Origin: Macrostomum lignano
Lineage: Eukaryota
Length of the DNA: 64,000 bases
Reading direction: 5' to 3'
Assembly (NCBI GenBank): GCA_002269645.1
Contig: NIVC01000225.1
Coordinates: 288,416 to 352,415 of the forward strand
Positions 50,901-63,189 of the stretch are shown piece after piece; the first letter of the stretch is position 1, and every line of letters begins with the position of its first letter. The notes under the pieces are model-generated. The model was not told the origin of the DNA. It made no database searches and worked only from the letters and a program-made list of their open reading frames with translations. Position numbers and translations under genes: made by a program.

Positions 50901-53900
50901 GCAACTGACACTCTGGGAGGCTGGCCCAGCAACTGACACTCTGGGAGGCTGGCCCAGCAACTGACACTCTGGGAGGCTGCCCAGCAACTGACACTCTGGG
51001 AGGCTGGCCCAGCAACTGAGGATCCGGAAGGCTGGCCTAGCAACTGAGGATCTTGGAGGCTGGCTCAGCAACTGAGGATTCCGGAGGCTGGCCAGGCAAC
51101 TGACAACAATTGAGGATCTGGAAGGAACTCAAACTAAGTCTGGTAGAAAGCACTCACGACAGGTTGAGCTCCTCCAGACAGGTATTGACTTTGATGGCTT
51201 TGCTAAGCTCCTGAAGGCCGTAGGTGGGTCCGAAGCCGTTGAAACTCAGGTCCAGCCCTTTCAGCCCGTTGTTTGCCTGAACAGTAGGAAGTTGTTCAAG
51301 TTAATTACACTCATCACAATGAAACATGAAGTTTGCTATTTGCCCCTCGCTACTCAACACTTAATTAGTAGTTGATGCCAAGCCAACTCACCGCAAGCCC
51401 TTCGGCGATGCCCTTGGCGCCTTTGGCTCGGATGTGATTCCAGCTGAGATTGAGCTCGAGCAGGCTGCTGTTCTCCATCAGAGCTTTGCCGATGGTGAAG
51501 CCGCCCAACTCGGCGAAGTTGTTCTGCGACAGATCCAGCCGGTGCAGAGTGGCCGTGTTCTGCCGGAGTGGGCCGCGTTTGGGATTCGGGCATATTTTGC
51601 GATTTAGGATCTTCGGGTTTGGGATTCAATGATGACGTGGGATTTGAGAGGGGTTTGGGATTTGGAATTCGGGAAGGGATTAGGACTTGGGATTTGTGGA
51701 GGGGTTCGGATTTGAGATTTGGGAAGGGTTCGGGATTTGGGGAGGGTTTGGGATTTGAGAAGATTTTGGGATTTGAGGAGGGTTTCAGATTCGAGAAAGG
51801 TCTGGGATGTCAAGAGGGCTTGGGATTTAAGTAGGGTTTGATATTTGGGAAGGTTTTGAGATTTGGGAAGCGTTTGGGATTTGGGAAGCGTTTGGGATTT
51901 GGGAAGCGTTTGGGATTTGGAAGGATTTGAGATTCAGGAAGAGTTTGGGATTCAATGATAATTTGGGGTTTGGGATTTGGGAAGGATTTGGGATTCAGGA
52001 AGAGTTTGGGATTTGGAAGGATTTGGGATTCAGGAAGAGTTTGGGATTTGGAAGGATTTGGGATTCAGGAAGAGTTTGGGATTTGGGAGGATTTGGGATT
52101 CAGGAAGAGTTTGGGATTTGGGAAGGATTTGGGATTTGGAAGGATTTGGGATTCAGGAAGAGTTTGGGATTTGGAAGGATTTGGGATTTGGAAGGATTTG
52201 GGATTCAGGAAGAGTTTGGGATTTGGGAAGGATTTGGGATTTGGAAGGATTTGGGATTCAGGAAGAGTTTGGGATTTGGAAGGATTTGGGATTCAGGAAG
52301 AGTTTGGGATTCAGGAAGAGTTTGGGATTCAGGAAGAGTTTGGGATTTGGAAGGATTTGGGATTCAGGAAGAGTTTGGGATTTAAAAGGATTTGGGATTC
52401 AGGAAGAGTTTAGGATTCAGGAAGAGTTTGGGATTTGGAAGGATTTGGGATTCAGGAAGAGTTTGGGATTTGGAAGGATTTGGGATTCAGGAAGAGTTTG
52501 GGATTCAGGAAGAGTTTGGGATTTGGAAGGATTTGGGATTCAGGAAGAGTTTGGGATTCAATGATGATTTGGGGTTTGGGATTTGGGAAGGGTACCCGAA
52601 GAAAGTATCAGAAGGAGTGCAGATTTTATTGGCTTGAATCTTAAAGAATCTTAATAGGATTGAGATCGGAATGAATGATAACTAGGGATATTCAAGGATT
52701 GGGAATTTAGAAGCTATCAGCCATCCCAAGCCTCTCACGGTGATCAGATCCGCAAAGAACTGGCTGCTCCTGTCGTCAAATTCGTTGCCGCGCAGGCAGA
52801 CGCTGGTCACCTGCGTGTTGGCCATAAGAACCTCGCACAGCTGCTTGGCAACATCCAGGCCCATTTTATTATCAGCCAGATTTAGCTCAGTGATGAAGCA
52901 GTTCTCGCGCAGCATGTGCACCACCTGCAGGCCACCGGCCGCTCCAAGCCAGTTATCGCCGAGGTCCAGTTTAGTCACGGTGGAGTTCGAGGCCAGCGAA
53001 GCGCACAGCGGCTTGATGCCGCCGGTGCCCAGGCCGTGGTGCCGCATGTCGAGCTCCGAGTCGGCGATGTGGCGCAGATAGTAGCTGGCCGGGACCACGC
53101 CAGCCGATTTGCACAGGTCGATGTACAGAGTGCGGCCTGAGTGGTCGTAGGCCGCGTGCTCGGCTGTGGATTACGATTTAAGGTTAGGGAGTTCCTGAGA
53201 TAAAGAGGATTTGTGTAAGAAAGACAGAGAGGAGAATGACAAGGAGCGAGGGAGTAGTAGAATGAGTAGAGAGTGATCTCTTCATCCTTTTCTCACAAAG
53301 TTTATAGCGACAGCGACAGCAAAATCAACAGAACTGATTACACCCGCCCCAATTAGGCCACATCTGCAACCGACAGCTCAGCCGCAGCTATTGCGCGGCG
53401 CATCTGAAGGCTGCGTACGGCTGTTCAGTCCAAGAACTTGGGGGTCACCACACCCACCCTCAATTACCCCAGCTAATGCTGGTACCCATTTTACCTATGT
53501 TTCTTGCTCAAGGACACAAATTTTTCCACTGGGAATTGGGAATCGAACTCCCGACCTTTGAGTCCCGAGTTCGACGCTTTAACCACTGGGCTGCAACCCC
53601 AGCCTAACAACCACAGCCTAACAACCCCAGCCTAACAACCACAGCCTAACAACCCCAGCCTAACAACCACAGCCTGTCAACCAGCCGCTCTGAGCCAGAT
53701 CTGTAAAACTGGGAATTTTTTGCATTTTTCGCTCCTCATCGGTTGAGAAGTTTTTGTCTATCAGATACGGAAATTTCTAGAGATAAAGTGAAACACAGCC
53801 AAAGTTATAAGCAATCAAAGCCAAAGAGATCTTTCTGGATGACATGATTATAAGGAGAGAAGCCGAGAGAGGGTAGTGAGGAGAATGGAAGAGGTAAGAT

Positions 53901-54725
53901 GGGCTGGAGAGAGTAAAAAAGGTAAACTTTGAAATAATTAAGAATACACAGTGGGAGAAACCTTGTACAAGAAAAATACATTTTTGAACATAAGAATAAT
54001 ATTGTAAAAACTTCGACAAAAATAAGTAAGGATCATCGTCATCGTGTTTAATAATCGAAAATAATAAATACGCAAAAAATTCTACCAAATCGATTGAAAT
54101 ACTATAGCGATTATTGAGTCTTTATCCAATATAAAACAATTTTTTAACATGAAGGTGCATTGTGCAAAATAGTTTCGATGTGACTTTAGCAGAATGCAAA
54201 ATAAACTTGTGCATGGTGAAGGTGTGCATTACAAGTATATTTAAGTAAAATGTTGATAAATTCAATAATAAAAGCAGGAGAAAACATGGCACCTTTTAAG
54301 ATCATTTGTTGTCGTTTAATTGAATAGGAAAAATCCATTTGAAAATACTTACGAACAACTCGGACTTGGGCTAGAAATTTTATGTTTGCTTTTCTTTTAG
54401 ATTATCAAATTGACATCATAGGGGAATATTGGATTTTAATTTGTTTCAAAATTTGAATGATTTTACCCCTGGACTTACTTTTCTCTTCCAGGTCGGTGTC
54501 ATACCCATTGTCATCGGCAATGTCGTCAAATGCAAATTCTTGATCCTCCTCAGGCGAAAGAACTGCTCCAACAGCCTGCGGCTTCTTGATGGACTTTCGG
54601 ATCTGCTGCTCCTTTTGGACTGCCTCGACCTCTGTGGGCTCTTCGGCTTCAGCCTCGGGTTTAGAGCCTTCCCCACTGGCCTCCAGTGGTGCCTGCTTTT
54701 CTTCCTCTGGCATAGCACTTTCCAT
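38794..54725 (-). CDS. LRRC74A: LRRC74-like leucine-rich-repeat + EF-hand protein, 9 exons
   Basis: Exons 54725-54479, 53163-52739, 51559-51392, 51276-51158, 50116-50038, 49411-49316, 43093-42854, 41250-41165, 38854-38794; phases 1,0,0,2,0,0,0,2 all match. Peptides GYDTDLE, VPASYY..LDMRHHGLG, RI-type LRRs, MGRNPMQTSGC, and EF hands DKDRSMSVTREEF and DKDGDGEINYREM. A versus B paralog assignment is not certain. Confidence 0.88.
39255..40477 (+). mobile_element. Internally deleted P-element (THAP9-like) transposon with TIRs and TSD
   Basis: TIR cacagaatatacacagaatgctcaatca at 39255 with its inverse ending ~40476; flanking direct repeat ACTAAACT at 39247-39254 and 40478-40485. Inside is a frameshifted transposase C-terminus (YIGGWLLFKL..CKCDEC..L, FLQLKNR..GNLV, AKLFARIRLH). 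Confidence 0.75.
42015..42660. repeat. 41-bp minisatellite, ~15 copies, LRRC74 intron 7
   Basis: Unit cactgaatctaaaatgKacactgggccaaccacctcactBc. Confidence 0.97.
43592..43878 (-). mobile_element. tRNA-derived SINE copy
   Basis: Reverse complement of the 14499 family; the head has lost its B-box region. Confidence 0.9.
44021..44372. repeat. 16-bp tandem repeat, ~21 copies
   Basis: Unit ttaatatctcggacac. Confidence 0.97.
44941..44991. repeat. (AG)n microsatellite upstream of the TRP gene
   Basis: ~25 AG units. Confidence 0.98.
45381..48864 (+). CDS. TRP cation channel: ankyrin repeats + TRPM-type core (~1125 aa), 2 exons
   Basis: Exons 45381-47243 and 47350-48864; 106-bp intron gtgaat...tttccag, phase 0. 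Contains ankyrin repeats (MTPLHLAV, LLHRAC, LPLHKAC, TALHIAA), SLTLWSILTGRF, VQSALDMEWY, YNTPCVKF, WNIID, LGPKLKMI, LLNLIISLF and TRP box LWQFERY..EF..RFPLPPPLN. Confidence 0.93.
49500..49990. repeat. 31-bp minisatellite, ~15 copies, LRRC74 intron 5
   Basis: Unit ctgctcacatctctgtctgtcactcacYaac. Confidence 0.97.
50385..51110. repeat. 28-bp minisatellite, ~25 copies, LRRC74 intron 4
   Basis: Unit ctgggaggctggcccagcaactga(cact/ggat). Confidence 0.97.
51600..52590. repeat. G-rich complex repeat, LRRC74 intron 2
   Basis: Modules tttgggatt + ggaagga or caggaagag. Confidence 0.95.
53335..53600 (-). mobile_element. tRNA-derived SINE copy, LRRC74 intron 1
   Basis: Reverse complement of the family with B-box gggagttcgattcc; followed by a 14-bp agcctaacaaccMc repeat to ~53680. 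Confidence 0.9.
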
Positions 54726-57544
54726 ATTTATTTTTACTGAAAATTTATTTATAAAATTGTAAATTAAAACTCTGTTTTTTTCTGGTCTACAAATTTCTTA
54801 AATAGCTAGTATTTCATTAGCTATATATGGTTATATATATATATATATCAGTGGTAACATATAATACTGAAATTTGATCTCGTCATGCACTTCTCCATAT
54901 ACTAAATCCATTATACTAAAAATGGTCTTGTTTGATCTAAATTTTTAAGTGTATAAGACTACATGATAGATTGATAGGATTCTACCTTTATACCTTTGCA
55001 CTGTTCAAAATGCTTCAATTTTTATTATTTTCAATGAGTATTAGTTTTACATATAAAAAACCTAGCATATGACATATTAATGCAAAATTATCATTTTTGA
55101 AGTTATTTCAAAACTTCAAAAATTTAAATGGCAATGAGCCACATATCTACTCCTGGCAGTTCATTAAGTTTGGTTCAGAATAGTGCACATATGATCAAAT
55201 AATAGGTAGGAGTGGTCAAGAATTTAAAGACTAGAATAGCTAAAAAAATTATACCATAATTCCGAGTTAAACTTACTCTAAACGTTTCACAATGCCTGCT
55301 AACACTTAGAAATCGGAGAATACAAGCGATAATATATTTATATTAATGCATAAAGTACCGCATTCATTATAGCTTTTGTAAGCCAACATTAATTTTTGGC
55401 TGTAAAAGATCAAACTTTAGCTCAGTCAAATTAAGCTCAAAATAAAATAAATGCCACGGTATTATTTTATCAAATATATATTTGACTCTGACTCTTCGCG
55501 AAAAGAATGTTTCATTCTAAGTTAAACCACTACACTACTCAATAGAGTTTCTAGTTTCCAACAGATTTTACGAATAAAATTTAATTATATATTTAAACAA
55601 AAACATAATTACAAGGTTAATAAAATATCAAAAAAATTATTGCATAAGTCGAAGCAGTTCCTTTGTTAAAATGTGAACAATTCTCAACACCGTATCCGAT
55701 CAGCCCGGCCTGCGAAATACATTATAAGCCTGAGATACAGAAACAATTTTTTGTAATAGCACGTAAATTAAGTTATGCATTATATTGAGTAATATCGAGT
55801 TTATTGTTAATATTGAATTGCTAAATTTCAAACTAGCAATGCATACAATGAAAATTGTAAAAGCGCATAAAACTTTGTGGCATTTTTCCGCAAGATGTTC
55901 CGCAAAAAGTTCTGCAAAAGCTTTTTGTAATCTATCGATTTTCACTGAGCCTGGCTAATTACATTGACTGTACAATAATTTAAACAACCCGGTCATTCGT
56001 TTCTGTTAGCGTGTAGTATAAGAAAGATAGAAAGCGCTATACCTTAGCTGTGACGCTAAAGTGAAAGAAAGTCGGGCTGTTAGGCGTTTGGTGTGGCTCG
56101 GTGCGAGACTCTGGCCGCTTCAGAAAAGCTAGGCCAAGTGTCTCTTGAAGCAGATAGCCAGCTAGGACACTAACCGTATTTGACTTTTTTAATACTCAGT
56201 GCGAGTGAACTAGAAGGTGAGTACTACATTATGATGGGTTTCGACCTTCGGGCTCCTTGTTAGGGAAGCCTTCGGGCCTCAGGCTCAGAAATAAATCAAT
56301 TAGAGACCTGGCCCCCACTCCTGTCAGATGGTCAGCCCCATGGTAGCTTGATCGTGTGGCGAGCAGTCTAGGTCCTATAGCTAAGAGAGGGACAGCGAGA
56401 GACGAGCAGGGAGAATTTTGAAAGTAGAAATTAGCTAATCCGCAGATCAACTAACTTGCTGCCACCAGCCCGTGCGCCCTGGCTCACCACACCGGGACTC
56501 TCGAAATCGGGCTTCCGACTAGAAGGGGCTTTGCACTTACCTGCCAACTAGTGTCTTTTTGCTGTCAATCTCGAAGTCATAGCCGATGATAAGGGACACT
56601 GCTGGGACTAGATCGCGTTGGCCATGCAGGTACAGAGGGGACTTGTGCAGGGGATTCTTGCGGTGGCGAGTCTATGGGGTAGCTACATGTACTATTACAT
56701 TGCTAAATACGAAGATATGTACTTTTAGCCTTCAACGCGCCAACTAGCCTCTCATAGCGCTGATGATAGGCTAACTCGAACTTCAGAGACCGCATGATTC
56801 ATTTACCCGAGCCGCTTGGCTACCCTAGAGTGCACAAAGTACATCTCTGGCGCCGATTCTGCACTTTTGGCAGTTTTGCTCACTGATTGGTTAGATTGGT
56901 TGACTGAGAACTGCCTTGCCATTGGTCCACTGTGACCGACGCCTACTAGCTTAGCTACTCATCTGAGCCATCGGCGAACAAAGAAATAAAGCCGACAAAG
57001 ATAACTGTTAGATTTAACCTTCTCCTTAGTTCACTTCACACTTTAGATTGAATTGGAGTCTTAGACTACTAGCAGTATTATTGAATGATTCCTGCCTCAG
57101 CAACAGCACTACTGAACAAAATGAGCAAAAGTGTGCGCCTAATTCAGCTACTGCAACAGGGGACAGAAAAGGGATCACCCAATCAAGCAAGTCTAGGTAG
57201 CCTCTCACCCAACCAATCAGAAACTCAACAGCCGGAGACCAGGTATTCCACAGTGACCGAATCGGCTCGATGCTCTGCAGCTGTAGACTCGGGATGATGC
57301 TGTCACAATCTTCGCTGTTAGCTAGCAGGTGATGCTCTTAACTGGATGTTCGCTGCTGTCGACCGGGGGACTCGTCCTTGATGATGATGGGGGAAGTTGC
57401 AATCCGGGGATCAAGAAACGACGGTCGTGCTCCGGGAACCAGAAGTTGCGCGCTGGGCCCGAGCCAAAGTAAGAAGAAGTTGCGTCCGAGCGGGCCAAAA
57501 ACTCCGGTTTAAATAGCCGCCAACTGGACCGCAGTTTGTTATAA

Positions 57545-57645
57545 CGGAACGCGTCGATTCTGATTGGCTGAGCCGTTTTGTTAAAATGAGCGCCGAATTT
57601 TCTGATTGGCTAAGCTCGTTGCTACCCAGAATCACGTGACCGAGA
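57545..57645. promoter_or_regulatory. Promoter-like motif cluster
   Basis: Two ctgattggct (inverted CCAAT) motifs, gttgctac (half X-box-like) and tcacgtga (E-box) within 100 bp of CpG-rich sequence. Confidence 0.35.
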
Positions 57646-58994
57646 GATCCTATCAGTTCCCACAGGGTCGTAAAAAGATGACAGGTGCGGCCATAAATCA
57701 CTCAAAATCGCAACAAAATGATTTATGACTTTTCGCGTAGGATTGACAGAAATTAATGAAAAAATATACATTAGAAAGCTCTTATTAAATAGAAAGTGAA
57801 GATAATGAAGAGAAATCGCTAATCGCTAATCCCAAGGTACTTTTAGGGGTAAAACGCATAGCTGTCAAAGCTGTCACACGCTTGAGTGAATCCGAACAAT
57901 AGGCTCTGACCTCATAAATCTTGATGGCCTGTCAAAATGATGAGAAAAAAGCTACCGCCCGCATCCTCTCAGACCATCTGGCGCCCGCTTCAACACTGAG
58001 TGAGGCGCAGGTGGCTGTCAGATCAGCTTCGAAAGCGATGATTTATGACCCAAAAAGCTGCGCCTATGTTATTATGACTACTAGTATGGCCAGACATTAT
58101 ATCTAGTATAGATTCTATGAAAATTCGCAGAAAAAGGATAAAAATGCCCACTGCCCACTGTTAGTAGGCAAGTAAGTTTAGAGCCCATGTGCTAGCGCGG
58201 GATTTGGGAAAAAGTGCGTCCTCATCAATTACATGCAAAAAATTGGTGGAGGAGCCGATCCGGATGTCCAAGGCGGAGAGAGCGGTCCGCAGCCAAGGTG
58301 GAAGCCACGTGGAGACCATTCTAAAACAAATATGATAAAGGCCACATAATTTTACATGTAGATCGATCCTATCTCAACACAGCATGCGTATCCAGTTTGG
58401 GGGGCCGTCATAATAAACAAGTACATGTAACTGGCTGGGCTGCAATCAGGGGTGTTCTTGCCAAGACTACACCGCGGTCGATAAAGGATAGGTCATCAGT
58501 GTCGAGACCAGAAATTTCTTCGCTGTCAATGTTCGCGTAATTAATCATGGTGTCTCCTGCCGTAGTTGTTGCTTGTTGCTTTTGTTGCAGATGGAAATTG
58601 AAGTCACTTCGAAAGACAACATTTCTGCTCTGACGGCTTGCTAAAGTCTGACAAGAATCAATCAGACTGTTTAAGTTTTGACCATAGACAAACCATATGG
58701 GCCATAGACGAAACAATATAGGGGCTAGAATGAGAAGACGAGGGCCAATATGCCAATATTGATGTGCTGCAGAGGGCAGAAGCGAGCTATAATGCCGAGG
58801 AGTGTTAGCACATTTTGGCCCGATGCAGCACATCCAGTATTAGTGTTATAACTAGCAATCTTCGCCCCCCGATGGGGGACATCTGGATAGAATCTCTGTT
58901 CTCTACAATTAACAAAAAGACAGCCAAAAAATCCTTCACAAAGACAACAGACAAACTGCTCAAATGAAGTGAATTGCAATAAGAAATCTTCCCA

Positions 58995-59090
58995 AGACCA
59001 CAAGCATCCCCCAGATAGCAAGCATCCTCCAGATAGCAAGCATCCCCCAGAAAGCAAGCATCCCCAAATAGCAACCATCCACCAGACAAT
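58995..59090. repeat. ~21-bp repeat x4-5
   Basis: caagcatcccccagatag variants. Confidence 0.85.
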
Positions 59091-59183
59091 AAGTAGCTAG
59101 AGCGACAATTTCCTTAGCTTTATAGTGGCTCCTTTAAATTGGCATGGCGCTTTATACCTTTACATTTGAAATTGTATATCTTG

Positions 59184-62100
59184 AATGTTTGACATGGTGG
59201 CTCTTTTATGTTTGACATAGTGGCTCTTCTATGTTTGACATGGTGGCTCTTTTATGTTTGACATGGTGGCTCTTTTATGTTTGACATGGTGGCTCTTTTA
59301 TGTTTGACATGGTGGCTTTTTTAGGTTTGACATGGTGGCTCTTTTATGTTTGACATGGTGGCTTTTTAATGTTCGACATGGTGGCTTTTTAATGTTCGAC
59401 ATGGTGGCTCCTTTAGGTTTGAAATGGTGGCTCTTTAATATTTGACAAGGTGGCTCTTTAATGTTTGACATGGTGGCTTTTTAATGTTCGACATGGTGGC
59501 TCTTTTAGGTTTGAAACGGTGGCTCTTTAATGTTTGACATGGTGGCTCTTTGATGTTTGACATGGTGGCTCTTTAATGTTCGACATGGTGGCTCTTTAAT
59601 GTTTGACATGGTAACTCTTTTATGTTTGATATGGTGGCTCTTTTATGTTCGACATGGTGGCTCTTTAATGTTTGCCATGGTGACTCTTTAATTTTTGAAA
59701 TAGTGGCTTTTTTGTTTGACATGGTGGCTCTTTAATGTTCGACATGGTGGCTCTTTAATTTTTAACATGGTGACTCTTTTATGTTCGATATGGTGGCTCT
59801 TTTATGTTCGACATGGTGGCTCCTTTAGGTTTGAAATATTGGCTCTTTAATGTTTAACATGGTGGCTTTTCTATGTTTGACATGGTGGCTTTTCTATGTT
59901 CGACATGGTGGCTCTTGTATGTTCGACATGGTGGCTCTTTTAATGGTCGACATGGTGGCTTTTTAATGTTCTTCATGTTGGCTCTTTTATGTTTGACATG
60001 GTGGCTTTTTTATGTTTGACATGGTGGCTCTTTTATGTTCGACATGGTGGCTCTTTTATGTTCTACATGGCTGCTCTTTTATGTTCGACATGGTGCCTCT
60101 TGTATGTTCGACAGGGTCGCTCTTTTAGGTTTGAAATGGTGGCTCTTTAATATTTGACAAGGTGGCCCTTTAATGTTTAACATGGCGGCTCTTTATTTTT
60201 CGAAATGGTGGCTCCTTAATTTTCGAAATGGTGGCTGTTTTATGTTTGACATGGTGGCTCTTTAATGTTCGACATGGTGGCTCTTTCATGTTCTTAATGG
60301 TGTCTGTTTTATGTTTGACATGGTGGCTCTTTTATGTTCGATATGGTGGCTCTTTAATGTTCGACATGGTGGCTCCTTTAGGTTTGAAATGGTGGCTCTT
60401 TAATGTTTGACATTGTGGCTCTTTAATGTTTGACATGGTGGCTTTTTAATGTTCGACATGGTGGCTCTTTTAGGTTTGAAACGGTGGCTCTTTAATGTTT
60501 GACATGGTGGCTCTTTAATGTTTGACATGGTGGCTTTTCTATGTTTGACAAGGTGGCTCTTTAATGTTCGACATGGTGGCTTTTTAATGTTTGACATGGT
60601 GGCTCTTTTAGGTTTGAAATGGTGGGTCTTTAATGCTTGACAATGTGGCTCTTTAATGTTTGACATGGTGGCTCTTTAATGTTTGACATGGTGGCTCTTT
60701 AATGTTTCACATATTAACTCTTTTATGTTTGATATGGTGGCTCCTTTAGGTTCGACATGGTGGCTCTTTAATGTTTGACATGGTGGCTCTTTAATGTTTG
60801 ACATGGTCGCTCTTTAATGTTTCACATGGTAACTCTTTTATGTTTGATATGGTGGCTCTTTTATGTTCGACATGGTGGCTCTTTAATGTTCGACATGGTG
60901 GCTCCTTTAGGTTTGAAATGGTGGCTCTTTAATGTTTGACATTGTGGCTCTTTAATGTTCGACATGGTGGCTCCTTTAGGTTTGAAATGGTGGCTCTTTA
61001 ATGTTCTTAATGGTGTCGGTTTTATGTTTAACATGGTGGCTCTTTAATGTTTGCCATGGCGGCCCTTTTCCGTTTTAAATGTTGTCTCTGTTATGTTTTA
61101 CATGGTGGCTCTTTAATGTTTGACATGAAGTCACGTATATTTTTGACATGATGGCTCTTTTATGTTTGACATGGTGGCTCTTTAATGTTTGACATGGTGG
61201 CTCTTTAATGTTCGACATGGTGGCTCTTCTATGTTTGACATGGTGGCTCTTGAATGTTCAACATAGTGGCTCTTTAATATTCTACATGGTGGCTCTTTTA
61301 TGTTTGACATGGTGGCTCCTCAATGTTTGACATGGTGGCTCTTTAATGTTCGAAATGGTGGCTCTTTTGTTTTACATGGTGGCTCTTTAATGTTCGACAT
61401 GGTGGCTCTTTAATGTTTGACATAAAGTCACTTATATGTTCGAAATGGTGGCTCTTTTAGGTTTGACATGGTGGCTCTTTTAGGTTTGACATGGTGGCTC
61501 TTTTATGCTTGATATGGTGGCACTTTAATGTTTAATATGGTGACTTTTAATGTTAGACATGGTGGCTCTTTAATGTTTGACATAAAGTCACTTATATGTT
61601 CGAAATGTTGGCTCTTTAATATTTTACATTGTGGCTCTTAAGTGTTCGACATGGTGGCTCTTTTAGGTTTAACATGGTGGCTCTTTTAGGTTTAACATGG
61701 TGGCTCTTTTAGGTTTAACATGGTGGCTCTTAAATATTTGACATAAAGTCACTTATATGGTTGACATGGTGGCTCTTTTATATTCTACATTTTGGCTCTT
61801 AAATTTTCGACATGGTGGCTCTTTTAGGTTTGACATGGTGGCTCTTTTATGCTTGATATGGTGGCTCTTTAATGTTTAACATGGTGACTTTTAATGTTAG
61901 ACATGGTGGTTCTTTAATGTTCGACATGGTGGCTCTTTGATATTCGACAGGGTGGCTCTTTAATGTTCGACATGGTGGCTCTTTAATGTTCGACATGGTG
62001 GCTCTTTAATGTTTGACATCGTAGCTCTGTTATGTTCGAAATTGTGGCTCTTTAATGTTTGACATAAAGTCACATATATGTTTGACATGGTGGCTCCTAA

Positions 62101-63140
62101 ATGTTTGATATGGTGGCTCTTTATGTTTGACATGTTGGCTCTTTTATGTTTGACATGTTGGCTCTTTTATGTTTGACATGGTGGCTCTTTAATGTTCGAC
62201 AAAGTGGCTCCTAAATGTTTGACATAGTGGCTCTTTAATATTCAAAATGGTGGCTCTTTATGTTTGACATGGTGGCTCTTTAATGATTGACATGGTGGCT
62301 CTTTTATGTTCGAAATGGTGGCTCTTTAATGTTCGAAATGGTGGCTTTTTAATGTTCAAAATAGTGGCTCTTTTATGTTTGACATGGTGGCTCTTTAATG
62401 TTCGAAATGGTGGCTCTTTAATGTACGACATAATGGCTCTTTAATGTTTGACAATGTGGCTTTTGAATGTTTGACATGGTGGCTCTTTAATGTTTGAAAT
62501 GGTAGCTCTGTTATGTTCGACATGGTGGCTCTTTAATATTCTTCATGTTATAGCTCTTTCATGTTTGACATGGTGGCTCTTTAATGTTCGAAATAGTGGC
62601 TCTTCAATGTTCGAAATGGTGGCTCTTTAATGTTTGACACAAAGTCACATATATGTTTGACATGGTGGCTCTTAAATGTTTGACATGGTGGCTCTTTATG
62701 TTTGACATGTTGGCTCTTTTATGTTTGACATGTTGGCTCTTTTATGTTTTGACATGGTGGCTCTTTAATGTTCGAAAAAGTGGCTCCTAAATGTTTGACA
62801 TAGTGGCTCTTTGATGTTCGAAATAGTGTCTCTTTTATGGTCGACATGGTGGCTCTTTAATGTTCGAAATGGTGGCTCTTTAATGTTCGAAATAGTGGCT
62901 CTTTTATGTTCGACATGGTGGCTCTTTAATGTTCGAAATGGTGGCTGTTTAATGTTCGAAATGGTGGCTCTTTTATGATTGACATAAAGTCACTTATATG
63001 TTTTACATGGTGCCTCTTAAATATTAGACATGGTGGCTCGTTTAGGTTTGACATGGTGGCTCTTTTATGTTTGGCATGTTGGCTCTTTAATGTTCGACAT
63101 GGTGGCTCTTCTATGTTTCACATTGCGCTTCTTTTATGTT
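59184..63140. repeat. Diverged 23-bp satellite array, ~170 copies
   Basis: Unit atgttYgacatggtggctcttt(t/a) with period 23. Confidence 0.99.
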
Positions 63141-63189
63141 TAGTAGTTTTGTGTTTTTTAGGTGTTTTAATAAAAAAATCTTTTTTGCA

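Noticed and set aside
50270-52644. Repetitive ORFs of 150-257 aa
   Set aside because: They lie inside LRRC74 introns and derive from 28-bp and G-rich tandem repeats.
58408-58833. ORF with VVFRSDFNFHL, reminiscent of an APE-endonuclease GDFN motif
   Set aside because: A single weak motif with no other LINE hallmarks nearby.
59184-63140. GCCACCATG (vertebrate Kozak consensus) repeated >100 times on the minus strand
   Set aside because: It is part of the satellite monomer; the 23-bp period breaks frame and gives only short ORFs. Treated as coincidence.
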